DNA of 64,000 nucleotides from Prevotella sp. (GTDB lineage Bacteria > Bacteroidota > Bacteroidia > Bacteroidales > Dysgonomonadaceae). The notes beneath the pieces are model-generated. The model saw nothing but the letters and a program-made list of their open reading frames with translations. It had not been told where the DNA came from and made no database searches. The position numbers were made by a program, and so were the translations under genes. Below are positions 9,806-21,200 of the stretch, one piece after another; the first letter of the stretch is position 1, and every line of letters starts with the position of its first letter. The DNA is taken from the NCBI GenBank assembly GCA_031285625.1, contig JAITVV010000089.1, positions 1-64,000 of the forward strand, given 5' to 3'.

Positions 9806-11605
9806 TTATTTCTTAGACATACGTTTACGATCGTTTTCGTCCAGATAGATTTTACGCAGACGTATAGCATGTGGCGTAACTTCTACATATTCATCATCCT
9901 TGATATACTCCAACGCATCTTCGAGACTGAAGATAATAGGAGGTGCAAGCTTTACCTTATCATCTGTTCCTGAAGCACGAACATTCGTCAATTTTTTAGA
10001 TTTTGTAAGATTCACAACCAAGTCACCTTCCTTACTATGTTCTCCTACAATCTGTCCCATATAGATGTCAGTTTGTGGTTCAAGGAAGAATTTACCTCTG
10101 TCTTGTAACTTATCTATAGCATATGCGAAAGCGTTACCGGATTCGCTGGCAATAATAGAGCCGTTCGATCTCTTTTCTATATCCCCTTTCCACGGCTGGA
10201 ATTCTAAAAAACGGTGTGCTATAACAGCTTCACCTGCCGACAGGGTCAGAGCAGCATTGTTGATACCGATAATACCGCGCGATGGAATTGTAAATTCAAG
10301 GTAAATACGATCTTTCTTATTACCCATCATTGTCAGTTCTCCACGACGGCGTGTTACCAGATCAATAATCTTGCTCGAATATTCTTCAGGCAAGTTTATA
10401 GTCAGTTGCTCCACCGGTTCGTATTTTTGCCCATCTATCTCTTTGATAATTACCTTAGGTTGACCAACCTGTAGCTCATAACCTTCCCTACGCATGGTTT
10501 CTATCAGGATAGATAAGTGTAGTATCCCCCTGCCATATACGATCCATGAGTCTGCACTATCGGTAGGTTCTACACGTAAAGCCAGGTTGCGGTCAAGCTC
10601 CCTCATCAAACGATCATGTATATGTCGTGATGTGACAAATTTGCCATCTTTACCAAAAAACGGAGAGTCGTTGATAGTAAACAACATAGACATTGTAGGC
10701 TCATCGATATCGATAGTTGGGAGCGGTTCAGGGTTTTCAATATCAGCAATTGAGTCACCAATTTCAAAACCTTCGATGCCCAGAAGAGCACATATATCAC
10801 CACACTGAACTGTTGGAACTTTTACTCGTCCAAGTCCTTCGAATGTATTAATTTCTTTTATTTTGGTTTTTACAACACTACCGTCACGCTTGCATAGAGA
10901 GACATCCATATTTTCTCTTAACTCGCCACGATGTACACGGCCGACAGCAATACGTCCTACATATTTGGAATAATCAAGAGATGTTATAAGCATTTGAGGT
11001 GTGCCTTCCAGATATTCAGGTGCAGGTATATATTTAACGATTGCATCCAGTAACGGGGTAATGTCTTCTGTCGGCTTCTTCCAGTCGTCAGACATCCATC
11101 CTTGCTTGGCAGAACCATAAATAGTAGGAAAATCAAGCTGCTCCTCGGAAGCATCGAGACTAAACATTAAGTCGAAAACCATCTCATGAACTTCATCAGG
11201 ACGACAGTTAGGCTTATCCACTTTATTGATAACCACAATAGGCTTAAGCCCCATCTGAATAGCTTTCTGAAGGACAAAACGGGTTTGCGGCATCGGGCCT
11301 TCAAAGGCGTCGACCAACAATAAACAGCCATCAGCCATATTGAGCACACGTTCTACTTCTCCTCCAAAGTCGGCATGCCCGGGAGTATCTATAATATTTA
11401 TCTTTGTTCCCTTGTAATTAATCGAAACGTTCTTGGAAAGAATCGTAATTCCACGCTCACGCTCTAAATCATTATTGTCAAGAATCAATTCACCAGCAGA
11501 CTGGTTTTCTCTGAAAAGTTGTCCGGCAAGAAGCATCTTGTCTACAATGGTAGTTTTACCATGATCGACATGTGCTATAATTGCAATGTTTCTAATATTT
11601 TGCAT
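9806..11605 (-). CDS. typA: Translational GTPase TypA/BipA
   Basis: [22 protein letters not shown] and [14 protein letters not shown] motifs; start moved to MQNIRN because a TACCTTTG element lies at 11624-11631. Confidence 0.97.
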   Translation of the reverse strand: MQNIRNIAIIAHVDHGKTTIVDKMLLAGQLFRENQSAGELILDNNDLERERGITILSKNVSINYKGTKINIIDTPGHADFGGEVERVLNMADGCLLLVDAFEGPMPQTRFVLQKAIQMGLKPIVVINKVDKPNCRPDEVHEMVFDLMFSLDASEEQLDFPTIYGSAKQGWMSDDWKKPTEDITPLLDAIVKYIPAPEYLEGTPQMLITSLDYSKYVGRIAVGRVHRGELRENMDVSLCKRDGSVVKTKIKEINTFEGLGRVKVPTVQCGDICALLGIEGFEIGDSIADIENPEPLPTIDIDEPTMSMLFTINDSPFFGKDGKFVTSRHIHDRLMRELDRNLALRVEPTDSADSWIVYGRGILHLSILIETMRREGYELQVGQPKVIIKEIDGQKYEPVEQLTINLPEEYSSKIIDLVTRRRGELTMMGNKKDRIYLEFTIPSRGIIGINNAALTLSAGEAVIAHRFLEFQPWKGDIEKRSNGSIIASESGNAFAYAIDKLQDRGKFFLEPQTDIYMGQIVGEHSKEGDLVVNLTKSKKLTNVRASGTDDKVKLAPPIIFSLEDALEYIKDDEYVEVTPHAIRLRKIYLDENDRKRMSKK

Positions 11606-11649
11606 ATATATAATTTGAGGGTGCAAAGGTACGACATTTTTACAAAAAA

Positions 11650-11676
11650 AATCCATTTAGAAGTTCTAAATGGATT
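11650..11676 (-). terminator. Terminator after lpxA
   Basis: aatccatttagaa/ttctaaatggatt perfect stem with a T-run on the minus strand. Confidence 0.8.
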
Positions 11677-11700
11677 ACAATTTATTCTTTTATAGGAATT

Positions 11701-12486
11701 TTACCCCATATACCCTCTGACAATTCCCCGGGGAGATCCTTTAACAAAGTCTACAATCAGCCTCATCTCAGGAGTTTCTTCAAATTCTTTATCAATTTTA
11801 TTAATTGCATCCGAAAAATTGAACCCTGCCTGATAAATTACGCGGTATATTTCCTGTATTTCATTTATTTTTTCGTTAGAATAACCGTTACGGCGCAGGC
11901 CGATGAGATTTACTCCGGAGTAGCACACAGGTTCACGCCCTGCTATGATATATGGCGGAATATCCTTACCCAGACGTGTACCACCTTGTATCATAACATG
12001 TGCCCCGATACGGGTAAACTGATGTACAAGAGTTCCACCGCTCAGGATAGCATGGTGTTCCACCTCGACCTCGCCTGCCAGTTGGGTTGCATTACCGAGT
12101 ATAACATAATCATTCAAAACGCAATCATGTGCTACATGGCTATATGCCATCAACAGGCAATTGTTGCCTACTATAGTATGTCCTTTAGAAGCTGTACCTC
12201 TGTTTACAGTAACACATTCTCTGATAGTAGTATTATTACCAACAATTGCCAGGCTGTCCTCTCCTTTAAACTTCAAATCCTGAGGAACCCCGCCAACTAC
12301 AGCACCAGGAAAGATTCTACAGTTACTTCCAACACGAGAGCCGTATCTGACATTGGCTCCAGACATAACATGCGTTCCATCACCTATTTCCACATTCTTA
12401 TCAACGAATGCAAAAGGTTCTATTGTTACATCCTTTCCCAGCTTTGCATCAGGATGTACATAAGCCTGATTTGATATGTTTGACAT
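11701..12486 (-). CDS. lpxA: UDP-N-acetylglucosamine O-acyltransferase
   Basis: Hexapeptide repeats; PQDLKF and HVAHDC motifs. Confidence 0.96.
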   Translation of the reverse strand: MSNISNQAYVHPDAKLGKDVTIEPFAFVDKNVEIGDGTHVMSGANVRYGSRVGSNCRIFPGAVVGGVPQDLKFKGEDSLAIVGNNTTIRECVTVNRGTASKGHTIVGNNCLLMAYSHVAHDCVLNDYVILGNATQLAGEVEVEHHAILSGGTLVHQFTRIGAHVMIQGGTRLGKDIPPYIIAGREPVCYSGVNLIGLRRNGYSNEKINEIQEIYRVIYQAGFNFSDAINKIDKEFEETPEMRLIVDFVKGSPRGIVRGYMG

Positions 12487-12503
12487 AATACTAATATATT
12501 TTA

Positions 12504-13889
12504 TTATTTATTCTTCACGATCTGTGCAGTAAACTCAGCTTCTGACACTAATCTATCACCGATAAAAGTATAACCTTTCATATTGGCTATTCCCCGCCTG
12601 ATTTCAGACATCATATTCAATCTGAATATAAGTGTGTCGCCAGGAACAACTTTATTCCTAAATTTCACATTGTCAATCTTCAGGAAATATGTAGAATATC
12701 TCTCTGGCTCATCTACCTGAGATAATACCAGGAGCCCTCCTACCTGAGCCATGGCCTCTACCTGCAATACACCCGGCATAACCGGCTCCTGAGGGAAATG
12801 GCCTTGAAAATAAGGCTCGTTGGTTGTGATATTTTTTATACCCACTATATGTTTCTGCCCTACCTCTATAATCTTATCCACCATCAAAAAGGGATATCTG
12901 TGAGGCAATAACTCCTTAATTCTGTTAATATCAAAAACCGCTGCTTTGTTCGGGTCATAAACAGGTGGTTGAACTTCGTTTAACTTAATCTGCTTACGAA
13001 TAAGGCGGGCAAGTTTATTATTTATCTTATGTCCGGGGCGGGTAGCAATAATTCGTCCTCTCAAAGGTTTTCCGATTAAAGCCATATCCCCTATTATATC
13101 CAATAATTTATGGCGGGCAGGCTCGTTAGGATACATGATTTGCTTATTATTCAGGTAGCCTAATTCAGTAGCATCCTTATGAGGAACACCAAGCAAATCT
13201 GCCAGGCTATCCAGGTCTTCTTGCGAGATCTGGCGTTCATATATAACGATTGCATTATCAAGGTCACCTCCTTTTATCAGTCCGGCATCGCGTAGTTTCT
13301 GTATTTCGCGAACGAAAACAAAGGTACGTGCATTTGCTATTTCTTTAGGGAAGTCGGATAGATCTTCAAGTGTAGCCGATTGGTTTGGAATATATTTAGA
13401 TTCAAACTCTATAAATGAATTGATACAGAAACGGTCATCAGGCAAAAGTGTCAATTTAGATCCGGTCTCTTCATCTACAACTTCCATTTTATGGCGAACA
13501 ACAAAATAATCTCTATCTTCTGATTGCTCAACAATACCTACACCATATATAGCCTGTACATATTGCACAGAACTTCCATCCAGTATAGGAAATTCAGGAG
13601 CATCAACTTCAATCAGGCAGTTATCGATCCTTAATGCATACAGAGCCGCCATAGCATGTTCGACTGTACTTACCTGAACATTATCTTTAATTAATACAGT
13701 ACCTCGTTGAGTGTTGCCAACATTTTCAGCTAAGGCATCTATTACAGGCTGGTTCTCCAGATCTACTCTCTTGATTTTGTATCCATGGTTTTCCGGCGCA
13801 GGATTGAATGTTATCGTTATCGGTAATCCTGTATGCAACCCTTTTCCCTGCAATGTAAAACTGCCTTTCAGAGTGTGCTGTTTGCTCAT
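12504..13889 (-). CDS. lpxC: Bifunctional LpxC/FabZ
   Basis: GKGLHTG, TVEH and HKLLD (LpxC); LPHRYPFL and GHFP...MPGV (FabZ). Confidence 0.96.
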   Translation of the reverse strand: MSKQHTLKGSFTLQGKGLHTGLPITITFNPAPENHGYKIKRVDLENQPVIDALAENVGNTQRGTVLIKDNVQVSTVEHAMAALYALRIDNCLIEVDAPEFPILDGSSVQYVQAIYGVGIVEQSEDRDYFVVRHKMEVVDEETGSKLTLLPDDRFCINSFIEFESKYIPNQSATLEDLSDFPKEIANARTFVFVREIQKLRDAGLIKGGDLDNAIVIYERQISQEDLDSLADLLGVPHKDATELGYLNNKQIMYPNEPARHKLLDIIGDMALIGKPLRGRIIATRPGHKINNKLARLIRKQIKLNEVQPPVYDPNKAAVFDINRIKELLPHRYPFLMVDKIIEVGQKHIVGIKNITTNEPYFQGHFPQEPVMPGVLQVEAMAQVGGLLVLSQVDEPERYSTYFLKIDNVKFRNKVVPGDTLIFRLNMMSEIRRGIANMKGYTFIGDRLVSEAEFTAQIVKNK

Positions 13890-13904
13890 TTTCTTATTTA
13901 TATG

Positions 13905-14951
13905 TTAGTTTTTATTCGATTTCAGTGCTTCAATCTCTTTCTGCAACTGGGCTATTTGTTTATATATTTCAGGTAATTTAGGGAACACAACACTCGACTT
14001 AAAAAAGTCTCTGACAGGAATAGCAGGTGAACCTAGAATTTTTGCACCGGGCTCAATATTGCTTATTATTCCTGACTGGGCACCGATATTAGCATTATCT
14101 CCAATGGTAATATGGCCCCCTAAGCCAACCTGTCCGCCAAACATACACTGTTTCCCTATCTTTGTAGAACCGGATACTCCTACCTGAGCCGCCATAACCG
14201 TATTGTCTCCAACCTCTACGTTATGTGCAATCTGAATAAGGTTATCCAATTTTACACCTTTATGTATAATCGTCGCATCCATCACGGCGCGATCAATAGT
14301 GGTATTAGCTCCTATTTCGACATCATCCTCAATGAGAACAATACCCATTTGTGGAATCTTCTTAAATTCACCATTATCTTCAGGAGCAAATCCAAAGCCA
14401 TCGCTTCCGATCACAACTCCACTGTGTATAATACAATTGTTACCAATAATACATCCCTGATATATTTTTACGCCGGGATATATAATCGTATTATCTCCTA
14501 TCTGCACATTGTCTCCGATGTATGACTGAGGATATACTTTAGTATTATTTCCTATTTTGGCACTATCTGCAATATAGGTAAACGCACCAATATATACATT
14601 CTCACCCAAAGTAGCACTTTCCGAGATATAAGACATTGGCTCAACACCCGTTTTCTGTGGCCGGGATTTTTCAACCATATCAAGTAATACAGCTAAAGCT
14701 GCATATGCATTAGAACAACGGATTAATGTTGCTTTTATTGGATGTTCTGCTACAAAATCATCATTTACTAACACAATGCTGGCATTTGTAGTATATATGT
14801 AATGGGTATATTTGGGGTTAGATAAAAAAGTCAGTGTTCCAGGCCTTCCGTCTTCTATCTTAGAAAAATTATTCACTTCAATAGAAGAATCCCCTTCAAT
14901 TGTCCCATTTAATACTGTAGCAATCTGCTCTGCAGTGAAGGATATTTGCAT
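13905..14951 (-). CDS. lpxD: UDP-3-O-acylglucosamine N-acyltransferase
   Basis: GSDGFGF and [10 protein letters not shown] motifs; hexapeptide repeats. Confidence 0.96.
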   Translation of the reverse strand: MQISFTAEQIATVLNGTIEGDSSIEVNNFSKIEDGRPGTLTFLSNPKYTHYIYTTNASIVLVNDDFVAEHPIKATLIRCSNAYAALAVLLDMVEKSRPQKTGVEPMSYISESATLGENVYIGAFTYIADSAKIGNNTKVYPQSYIGDNVQIGDNTIIYPGVKIYQGCIIGNNCIIHSGVVIGSDGFGFAPEDNGEFKKIPQMGIVLIEDDVEIGANTTIDRAVMDATIIHKGVKLDNLIQIAHNVEVGDNTVMAAQVGVSGSTKIGKQCMFGGQVGLGGHITIGDNANIGAQSGIISNIEPGAKILGSPAIPVRDFFKSSVVFPKLPEIYKQIAQLQKEIEALKSNKN

Positions 14952-15068
14952 AAAAATAGACTAAAAAGTATTTGGCGTCCCTATATAAGGATGCGAAATA
15001 AATAATAATTTTCCAAATATATTACTTTTATGCTTAAAAAACAGTTGAAGAAAGCGAAATATTATTAA

Positions 15069-15539
15069 TTATTCTATCTTTCCGTAGAAAGATATAGGCT
15101 GCCTGTTGTTTTCATTTACGGTTAAAGTGGCATATCCGGTATCTCCTACCCGCAATATAAGATTAAATTTTCGCTGAGTATCTTTTGTCATCATATTAAC
15201 ATCCCACATTCCTTTCCTTTTATCGGAAACTGAGTACTCAAAGTCTGTGCTTGTGAATTTTATACCGTTGTCATCCGGAGAAATCGGTGCTGAATAAGCT
15301 CTTCCGAAATAAGGAAGATAGGCACTAATTGTATCTTTTGATACCTTTAGCGAATATGAATAATTAAGATTGACTGATCGTCCACTTGTAGGCAAAGCAG
15401 TCTGAGGGATGAATGTATAACTTGAAGATTCTATTTTCTCAGTCATGGAAGTGATAGTTTCCTCCTTAGACAGAGAACTCCCGGATTTACAACTAAATCC
15501 TAAAGTGGCAATCAATATTATTATAGTAAACTTTTTCAT
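15069..15539 (-). CDS. DUF4251 lipoprotein
   Basis: Lipobox FSC; LPYFGRAY motif and ISFYG C-terminus. Confidence 0.8.
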   Translation of the reverse strand: MKKFTIIILIATLGFSCKSGSSLSKEETITSMTEKIESSSYTFIPQTALPTSGRSVNLNYSYSLKVSKDTISAYLPYFGRAYSAPISPDDNGIKFTSTDFEYSVSDKRKGMWDVNMMTKDTQRKFNLILRVGDTGYATLTVNENNRQPISFYGKIE

Positions 15540-15604
15540 ATCAAATCTCCTTAATATTAGTATAACATTTAATGATAAATTAAGTTTTTAACCACTAGTT
15601 GAAG

Positions 15605-17425
15605 TTATCTACTACCCAGATCTAAATACATTGTTTGGAAAAATGCTTTCGCTTTCTTCTCCATTTCAGGATTGCCGGACTGCTGAAGGATACTTTGCTT
15701 ATCATTATCATATGTAACGGTTCCCGTAGAATCAGTCATACAAAACCCGTTCACATAAGAGTAGAAAGCAAACTTATTCCCATCAGGGTTCAGCATATCT
15801 TTACTAAACTTAAAGTCGGTATGCTTTATATTCATCTGAGAGAATAGAGTGGCAGCCAGATCGTTCTGTGAACCATAATCAGATACTACCAACGAGTCCT
15901 TTACCGCTCCACCTATCCACACCATTGGTATACGAAACCGTTCGGGGTCACTATTATTTAATCCCTGAGGATATGATTGCATAGCATGATCTGCAATAAA
16001 TATAATTAACGTATTGTTCCATTGTTCTGTCTTTCTGAACTGCTCTACAAATTTACCCAAACAATCATCTGTATAATTTACAGCATCCAGAAATGGCTCT
16101 TCAAATTTACCCACAGGCACATCAAAAGGTTCGTGACTACTAAGGGTTAGTACTGTTTTAAAATAAGGAGTCTTCTGTGGTTTAGTACTCAGGTCATAGG
16201 ACACCCTGTCAATCAGGAATTTATCCGGAACACCCCATTTTGTCATACGCTCACTTAAAGGGAATTCCTCATCGGAAAATATATCCTTTATACCACAAGC
16301 CCCAACAAAATAGGAACGCATATTAGCAAAATCAGCATCACCCCCATAATAAAACGATAGGTTGTCATATCCTGCTTTCTTTAGATATTGCGGTATTGTA
16401 GGTAAAGAGCCAGTTTTCTGAGGGTACTTCATAATAGCCACAGTAGGATGTGCCGGATAGCCGCTAAGTACGGATACGAGCCCCCTGTCAGTACGGAAAC
16501 TATTAGCATAAAAATGATCAAACAATACACCTTCTTTTGCAAAGCGCGACATATTAGGAGCAATCAGCGAATCTAAAGCTACATCTGCCGAAAAGCTTTC
16601 CAGAATGAATAAGATTATATTAGGCCTGTCAGTACTTAGTAATCTGGGGACACTGTCGCTATATGGCTGATTATTTAACTCATCAAAGATAGCCAATGCC
16701 TCATCCTTATCATAAAATTGATATTGAGATCCGAAATTATCTGACTTAAAGAAAGATGACATCAGGTTGAATTCAGGATTTATAGCTGCATGATTAAAAA
16801 ACATATTATCACTGTAGTATACTTGCCCGATATTCATTGTAGATACTGTTATCCCTCCTCTGATAGGAAGGAACAAGGCAGCCGTCAGCAATACCAAAAT
16901 AAGTGAAGTCTTAATGATAGATTTAGGAACAGTAAGATTTAACACTTGCTTTCTGATCAGAAATACATAAGCCAGATAGGCAATTACAACATAAGCAGCA
17001 ATACCTAAAAGGCCAAACAGAAAATCTAAAGCCGATGCACTGGCAAAAGTTTCCTTTGGCTTTTGCAAATAAAGAAAAACAGTAGAGTCGAAGTGAAAAC
17101 CCCAATAAGGATATACGATAATATCCACAACTGTTATTATACTTATAATCAGCAAAATTACCCCGAAGTACCCATTATATATACGTGCTATCAATTTAGG
17201 TTTGAACCAGATGGAAGAAATAAGTATGAGTGCAGGTATAGCAGTAAGGTAACCACTCATTGACATATCAAGCGGCAAACCATGATAAAGTACATCAAAA
17301 ACATCTCTGGATGTAAGTCCACCACCTATAGAAGAATGAGCCAGTAAGAATACGACTTTCCCTAATAAGAAGAAGAGAATAAAATAAAAGGAGATGGTGA
17401 TAAAGAGTAAGATCCGTTGCTTCAT
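15605..17425 (-). CDS. LTA-synthase-family / sulfatase-like membrane protein
   Basis: Five N-terminal TM segments; PNIILFILESF, SSHEPF and ADH motifs. Confidence 0.85.
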   Translation of the reverse strand: MKQRILLFITISFYFILFFLLGKVVFLLAHSSIGGGLTSRDVFDVLYHGLPLDMSMSGYLTAIPALILISSIWFKPKLIARIYNGYFGVILLIISIITVVDIIVYPYWGFHFDSTVFLYLQKPKETFASASALDFLFGLLGIAAYVVIAYLAYVFLIRKQVLNLTVPKSIIKTSLILVLLTAALFLPIRGGITVSTMNIGQVYYSDNMFFNHAAINPEFNLMSSFFKSDNFGSQYQFYDKDEALAIFDELNNQPYSDSVPRLLSTDRPNIILFILESFSADVALDSLIAPNMSRFAKEGVLFDHFYANSFRTDRGLVSVLSGYPAHPTVAIMKYPQKTGSLPTIPQYLKKAGYDNLSFYYGGDADFANMRSYFVGACGIKDIFSDEEFPLSERMTKWGVPDKFLIDRVSYDLSTKPQKTPYFKTVLTLSSHEPFDVPVGKFEEPFLDAVNYTDDCLGKFVEQFRKTEQWNNTLIIFIADHAMQSYPQGLNNSDPERFRIPMVWIGGAVKDSLVVSDYGSQNDLAATLFSQMNIKHTDFKFSKDMLNPDGNKFAFYSYVNGFCMTDSTGTVTYDNDKQSILQQSGNPEMEKKAKAFFQTMYLDLGSR

Positions 17426-17561
17426 TTTGATACAAAAACGATTGAGTTGAATTACAAAGATAGAATTTATAAAAAAAAAGTTGTCCTTTTTTATGGAATT
17501 TCAACATCTGTTACCTCTATTAAGCAAAAGAATAAGTTTAACCCTTAAAGAAATTAATATT

Positions 17562-18194
17562 ATGGCTAATATAGATACAGGAAGTGGCGAAGCCAAAAAA
17601 GGAAAACCACAACGAAAAACATTACGGGTAGATTTCACTCCAATGGTAGATATGAATATGTTATTAATTACATTTTTCATGTTCTGTACAACACTTAGTA
17701 TTCCACAAATAATGGATGTGGCTATGCCAACAGACAAGGGAGAAGAACCTATACCCGGATCCAAATCAGTAACAGTTATTTTAGGAGAGAACAACAAGGT
17801 CTATTACTATGAAGGAGTCGCTAATTATGAAGACTACACATCATTGAAAGAAACAAACATGTTAGGCATACGGGAGATGCTACTTTCAAGAAACAATGAT
17901 AATATGTTTAAGATAAAAGAATTAAGACAAAAACATTATAAAAAAGAGATAACAGACAAGCAACTAAGAGATATGTCGAGTGAGGTAAAGAAATCGAAAG
18001 ACGGCTTGAATGTAGTAATAAAACCAACAAAAGATTCAAATTATAAAAATCTGGTAGATGTACTTGACGAAATGCAAATATGCGGAGTTGGTAAATATGC
18101 CATTGTTGACCCTGCAGAAGGAGATAACTTCCTGATGGAAAACCTGAAAACAAAAGGCCAATTAACAGCTATGGCTACAAGACCTACTGAATAA
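17562..18194 (+). CDS. exbD: ExbD/TolR-family biopolymer transporter (stand-alone)
   Basis: VDFTPMVDMNMLLITFFM and YKNLVDVLDEM motifs; start taken at MANID. Confidence 0.88.
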   Translation: MANIDTGSGEAKKGKPQRKTLRVDFTPMVDMNMLLITFFMFCTTLSIPQIMDVAMPTDKGEEPIPGSKSVTVILGENNKVYYYEGVANYEDYTSLKETNMLGIREMLLSRNNDNMFKIKELRQKHYKKEITDKQLRDMSSEVKKSKDGLNVVIKPTKDSNYKNLVDVLDEMQICGVGKYAIVDPAEGDNFLMENLKTKGQLTAMATRPTE

Positions 18195-18236
18195 CCTTTC
18201 CTTACACATCACTATATTATTAGATTTCTTATTAGT

Positions 18237-18269
18237 AAAAAAGGTGTCCCACATGGAGACACCTTTTTT
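18237..18269. terminator. Bidirectional intrinsic terminator
   Basis: aaaaaaggtgtc...gacacctttttt. Confidence 0.85.
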
Positions 18270-18281
18270 TAAAAATATTTC

Positions 18282-21200
18282 CTAGATCATAAAGTGTAGG
18301 CGGTTTTGCAGATTCACTTCGGCAATACCTCCGTCAATGTCCAGATACAGGATATTCATATTCGGATAAATCTCTTTGATGCGTTTCTCTACACCCTTTG
18401 CTACAATATGGTTGGCAATACAGCCGAACGGTTGAAGGCAAACCACCTTATTCACACCTTTGCGGGCATAATGGGCAATCTCCCCGGGTATCAGCCAGCC
18501 TTCTCCAAACTGATTGGAAAGATTCAGTACTTCTGCCGCAGCCTCAGCTTTAGCATAGATAGATTCCGATGCTTCGTAAAACTTAAATTTACTAAGAATT
18601 TTCTCTGATTTTTTTACTTTCCTATTGATATACCACCAAATGAGAGGTTTTAAAGTTTTAGAGAAGATTGTTTCCTCATCCAGTCCATTCGCCACATTTA
18701 CCTTACTGTTTACAAAGAACTGCATCAAGAAGTCCAAAAGAGGTGGGGTAGAAACCTCTACATTCCGCGAACGCAACCATTCTGAAATATTTGCCTGTGC
18801 ATAGTTGTTGTACTTCACAAATATTTCACCTATTAGTCCTACCTTAGAGTACTCCTTATTATATATAGGTACATTGTTGAAGTCCTCAACAGCTTCCTTC
18901 AACAAACGGAATAATGTTTTTGCATCCTTTGCACGAATGGCGTCAATACCACGTTCGATATAGAAATCGAATACTTCCTGCGAAGCCCCTTCTTTCTTCT
19001 CACGAACAGAAATAGTACTATGCATCTGTTGAAGCCCGTCTCCATATAATACGATTGGAATAGCCAGTTTTGCTACCTTCTTCCATTCCAGTGTGAACTC
19101 ACTTTCATCATTCTGATATGTTTCACCGGAAGTAAGTGCTATCACCGGAATATCGTTAAATCCGGCATTTTGTAATCCGGTCTTAATCTGCGCGATATAG
19201 TTTGTAGCACGGCATTGACCACCTGTCTGGGTAATAGCCAGTACAATATCCTTTACATCATAATTTCCTGATTGCAAAGCATTGATAATATCCCCCAAAA
19301 CAAGGGTTGACGGATAACAAACCTCGTTATTCCCATACATTAGCCCCAAATCGGCAGATATTTTATTCGATTTTGGCAAATTCTGTACTTTAAGCCCTAA
19401 CAGTTCACCAAGAGCAGGAGCAAAAGGGGAAATAAAGTCACAAAGCCAAGGAAGTAAAATAGTTTTGTTCTTGTCTGTAGCCTTCTTGTATGGCACGGAA
19501 TAGCCCCTGTAGTGATTATCAGAAACCACATCATATGATTTTACGGCTTTCAGTGATTCTACCAACGAACGCAAACGCAAGCGGATAGAACCCGGACTGG
19601 CTATTTCGTCAATACGAAGCACAGTTATATTTTTACCTACAGCTTTCAGTATATCACGGGTTTCGTCCATAAAGAAAGAATCGGGGCCGCAACCGAATGA
19701 ATTAAGCTGTATCAACTGCACATTTTGCGGTAACTTAGCAACTTCCATTGCAGCCTGTACTACACGGTTAGGATACGACCATTGTGAAACGATATTCAGC
19801 TTACCAAAACCATGACTTTCCGGTTTACGGAAAACGTCGTCCGTGAGCACAGTCACTCCTAAATCGGAAAGAATCTGTCCTACTTTCTGATGAATCAACG
19901 GGTCGGTATGATAAGGGCGTCCTGCTACTACAAAGGTGAGTTCGCCTGTTTCCAATGCTTTATCCAACAATTCTTTCTGGTATCCATATAGTTCCTGCTT
20001 CAGTCCATCTTTAACAGCCACTGCTTTTTGAAAGGCCTTTTGGAAAGTATCTTTTGACACACCCAGAGATGACAAATAATTAAAACAACCTTTAGCCAAA
20101 GCCTTATCACTGCTGAATGTAATTACGGGTTCATCAAATGGAATACCATGACGGCCTGACGGGTCAATCGAACTCTGTATCACATCAGGGTAACCACTGA
20201 CCACAGGACAATTAAATGAGTTGGATGCTTGTCCGAATTCCTTTTCTTCTTTTGGTACTATCGGATAAAATATCCTGTCCACCTTACTTTCTATAAGTGA
20301 TAGGATATGTCCATGTACCAGCTTGGCAGGGAAACAAATATTATCTGACATCACTCCCCCCACTCCCTTCTGATAAAGCGGGAAAGTAGATTCAGGTGAT
20401 AACCTAACATTAAATCCGCACTCAGTGAACAATGTATGCCAGAACGGATAGTTATCGAACATATTCAGTACACGCGGTATACCAATAGTTTTACCTTTAT
20501 TTATATTATCCGCATTTACAGGGCGGCTGAAAAGAATATCGTTTTTCTGATCAAAGGCATTATATCCTTCACGGCGTTCCACATTCTTATTGAAGAATAC
20601 CTTCTCACATTTGTTTCCGGCATAACTGATGTTCCCGTTATTGAATTTGAAACGGAGTACCGAACACATATTTGTACAACCCTTACACGTCAATTCTTTA
20701 GAATCTATTGTAGCCAAATCGAACAAGGCTTCCTTTCCTGAGAATGTCGTCTCATTTTGTTTCTTTTCCCACAGGCGGTGTGCATACAAAGCCGCACCCA
20801 AAGCGCCCATCAGTTCGGGGTGATCGGTAGAACTGACAGTTTTACCCGAAAGCATCTCCAATGCACGGTAAACAGCATCGTTGCGGAATGTTCCACCCTG
20901 TACCACAATATGGTCGCCCAGCAGGTTCAGATTGGATATTTTAAGCACCTTGAACAGGCAGTTTTTGACAACAGAATATGCCAGACCTGCTGCAATATCG
21001 TCATTACCTGCATTTTCCCTCAGCGATTGTTTCACCTTCGAGTTCATAAATACGGTACAACGGGAACCCAAATCGCTCGGATATTTTGCCAGGCACGCAG
21101 CACGCGCAAAATCTGACAATTGCATATTCATGGTAGAGGCAAAGTTCTGCAAAAACGAACCACAACCCGCCGAGCAGGCTTCGTTCAATTCTATATTTGA

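Noticed and set aside
11986-12474. Plus-strand ORFs of 100-160 aa overlapping lpxA, sanA, the phosphorylase, typA and the activase gene
   Set aside because: Antisense shadows of conserved genes with no recognisable domains
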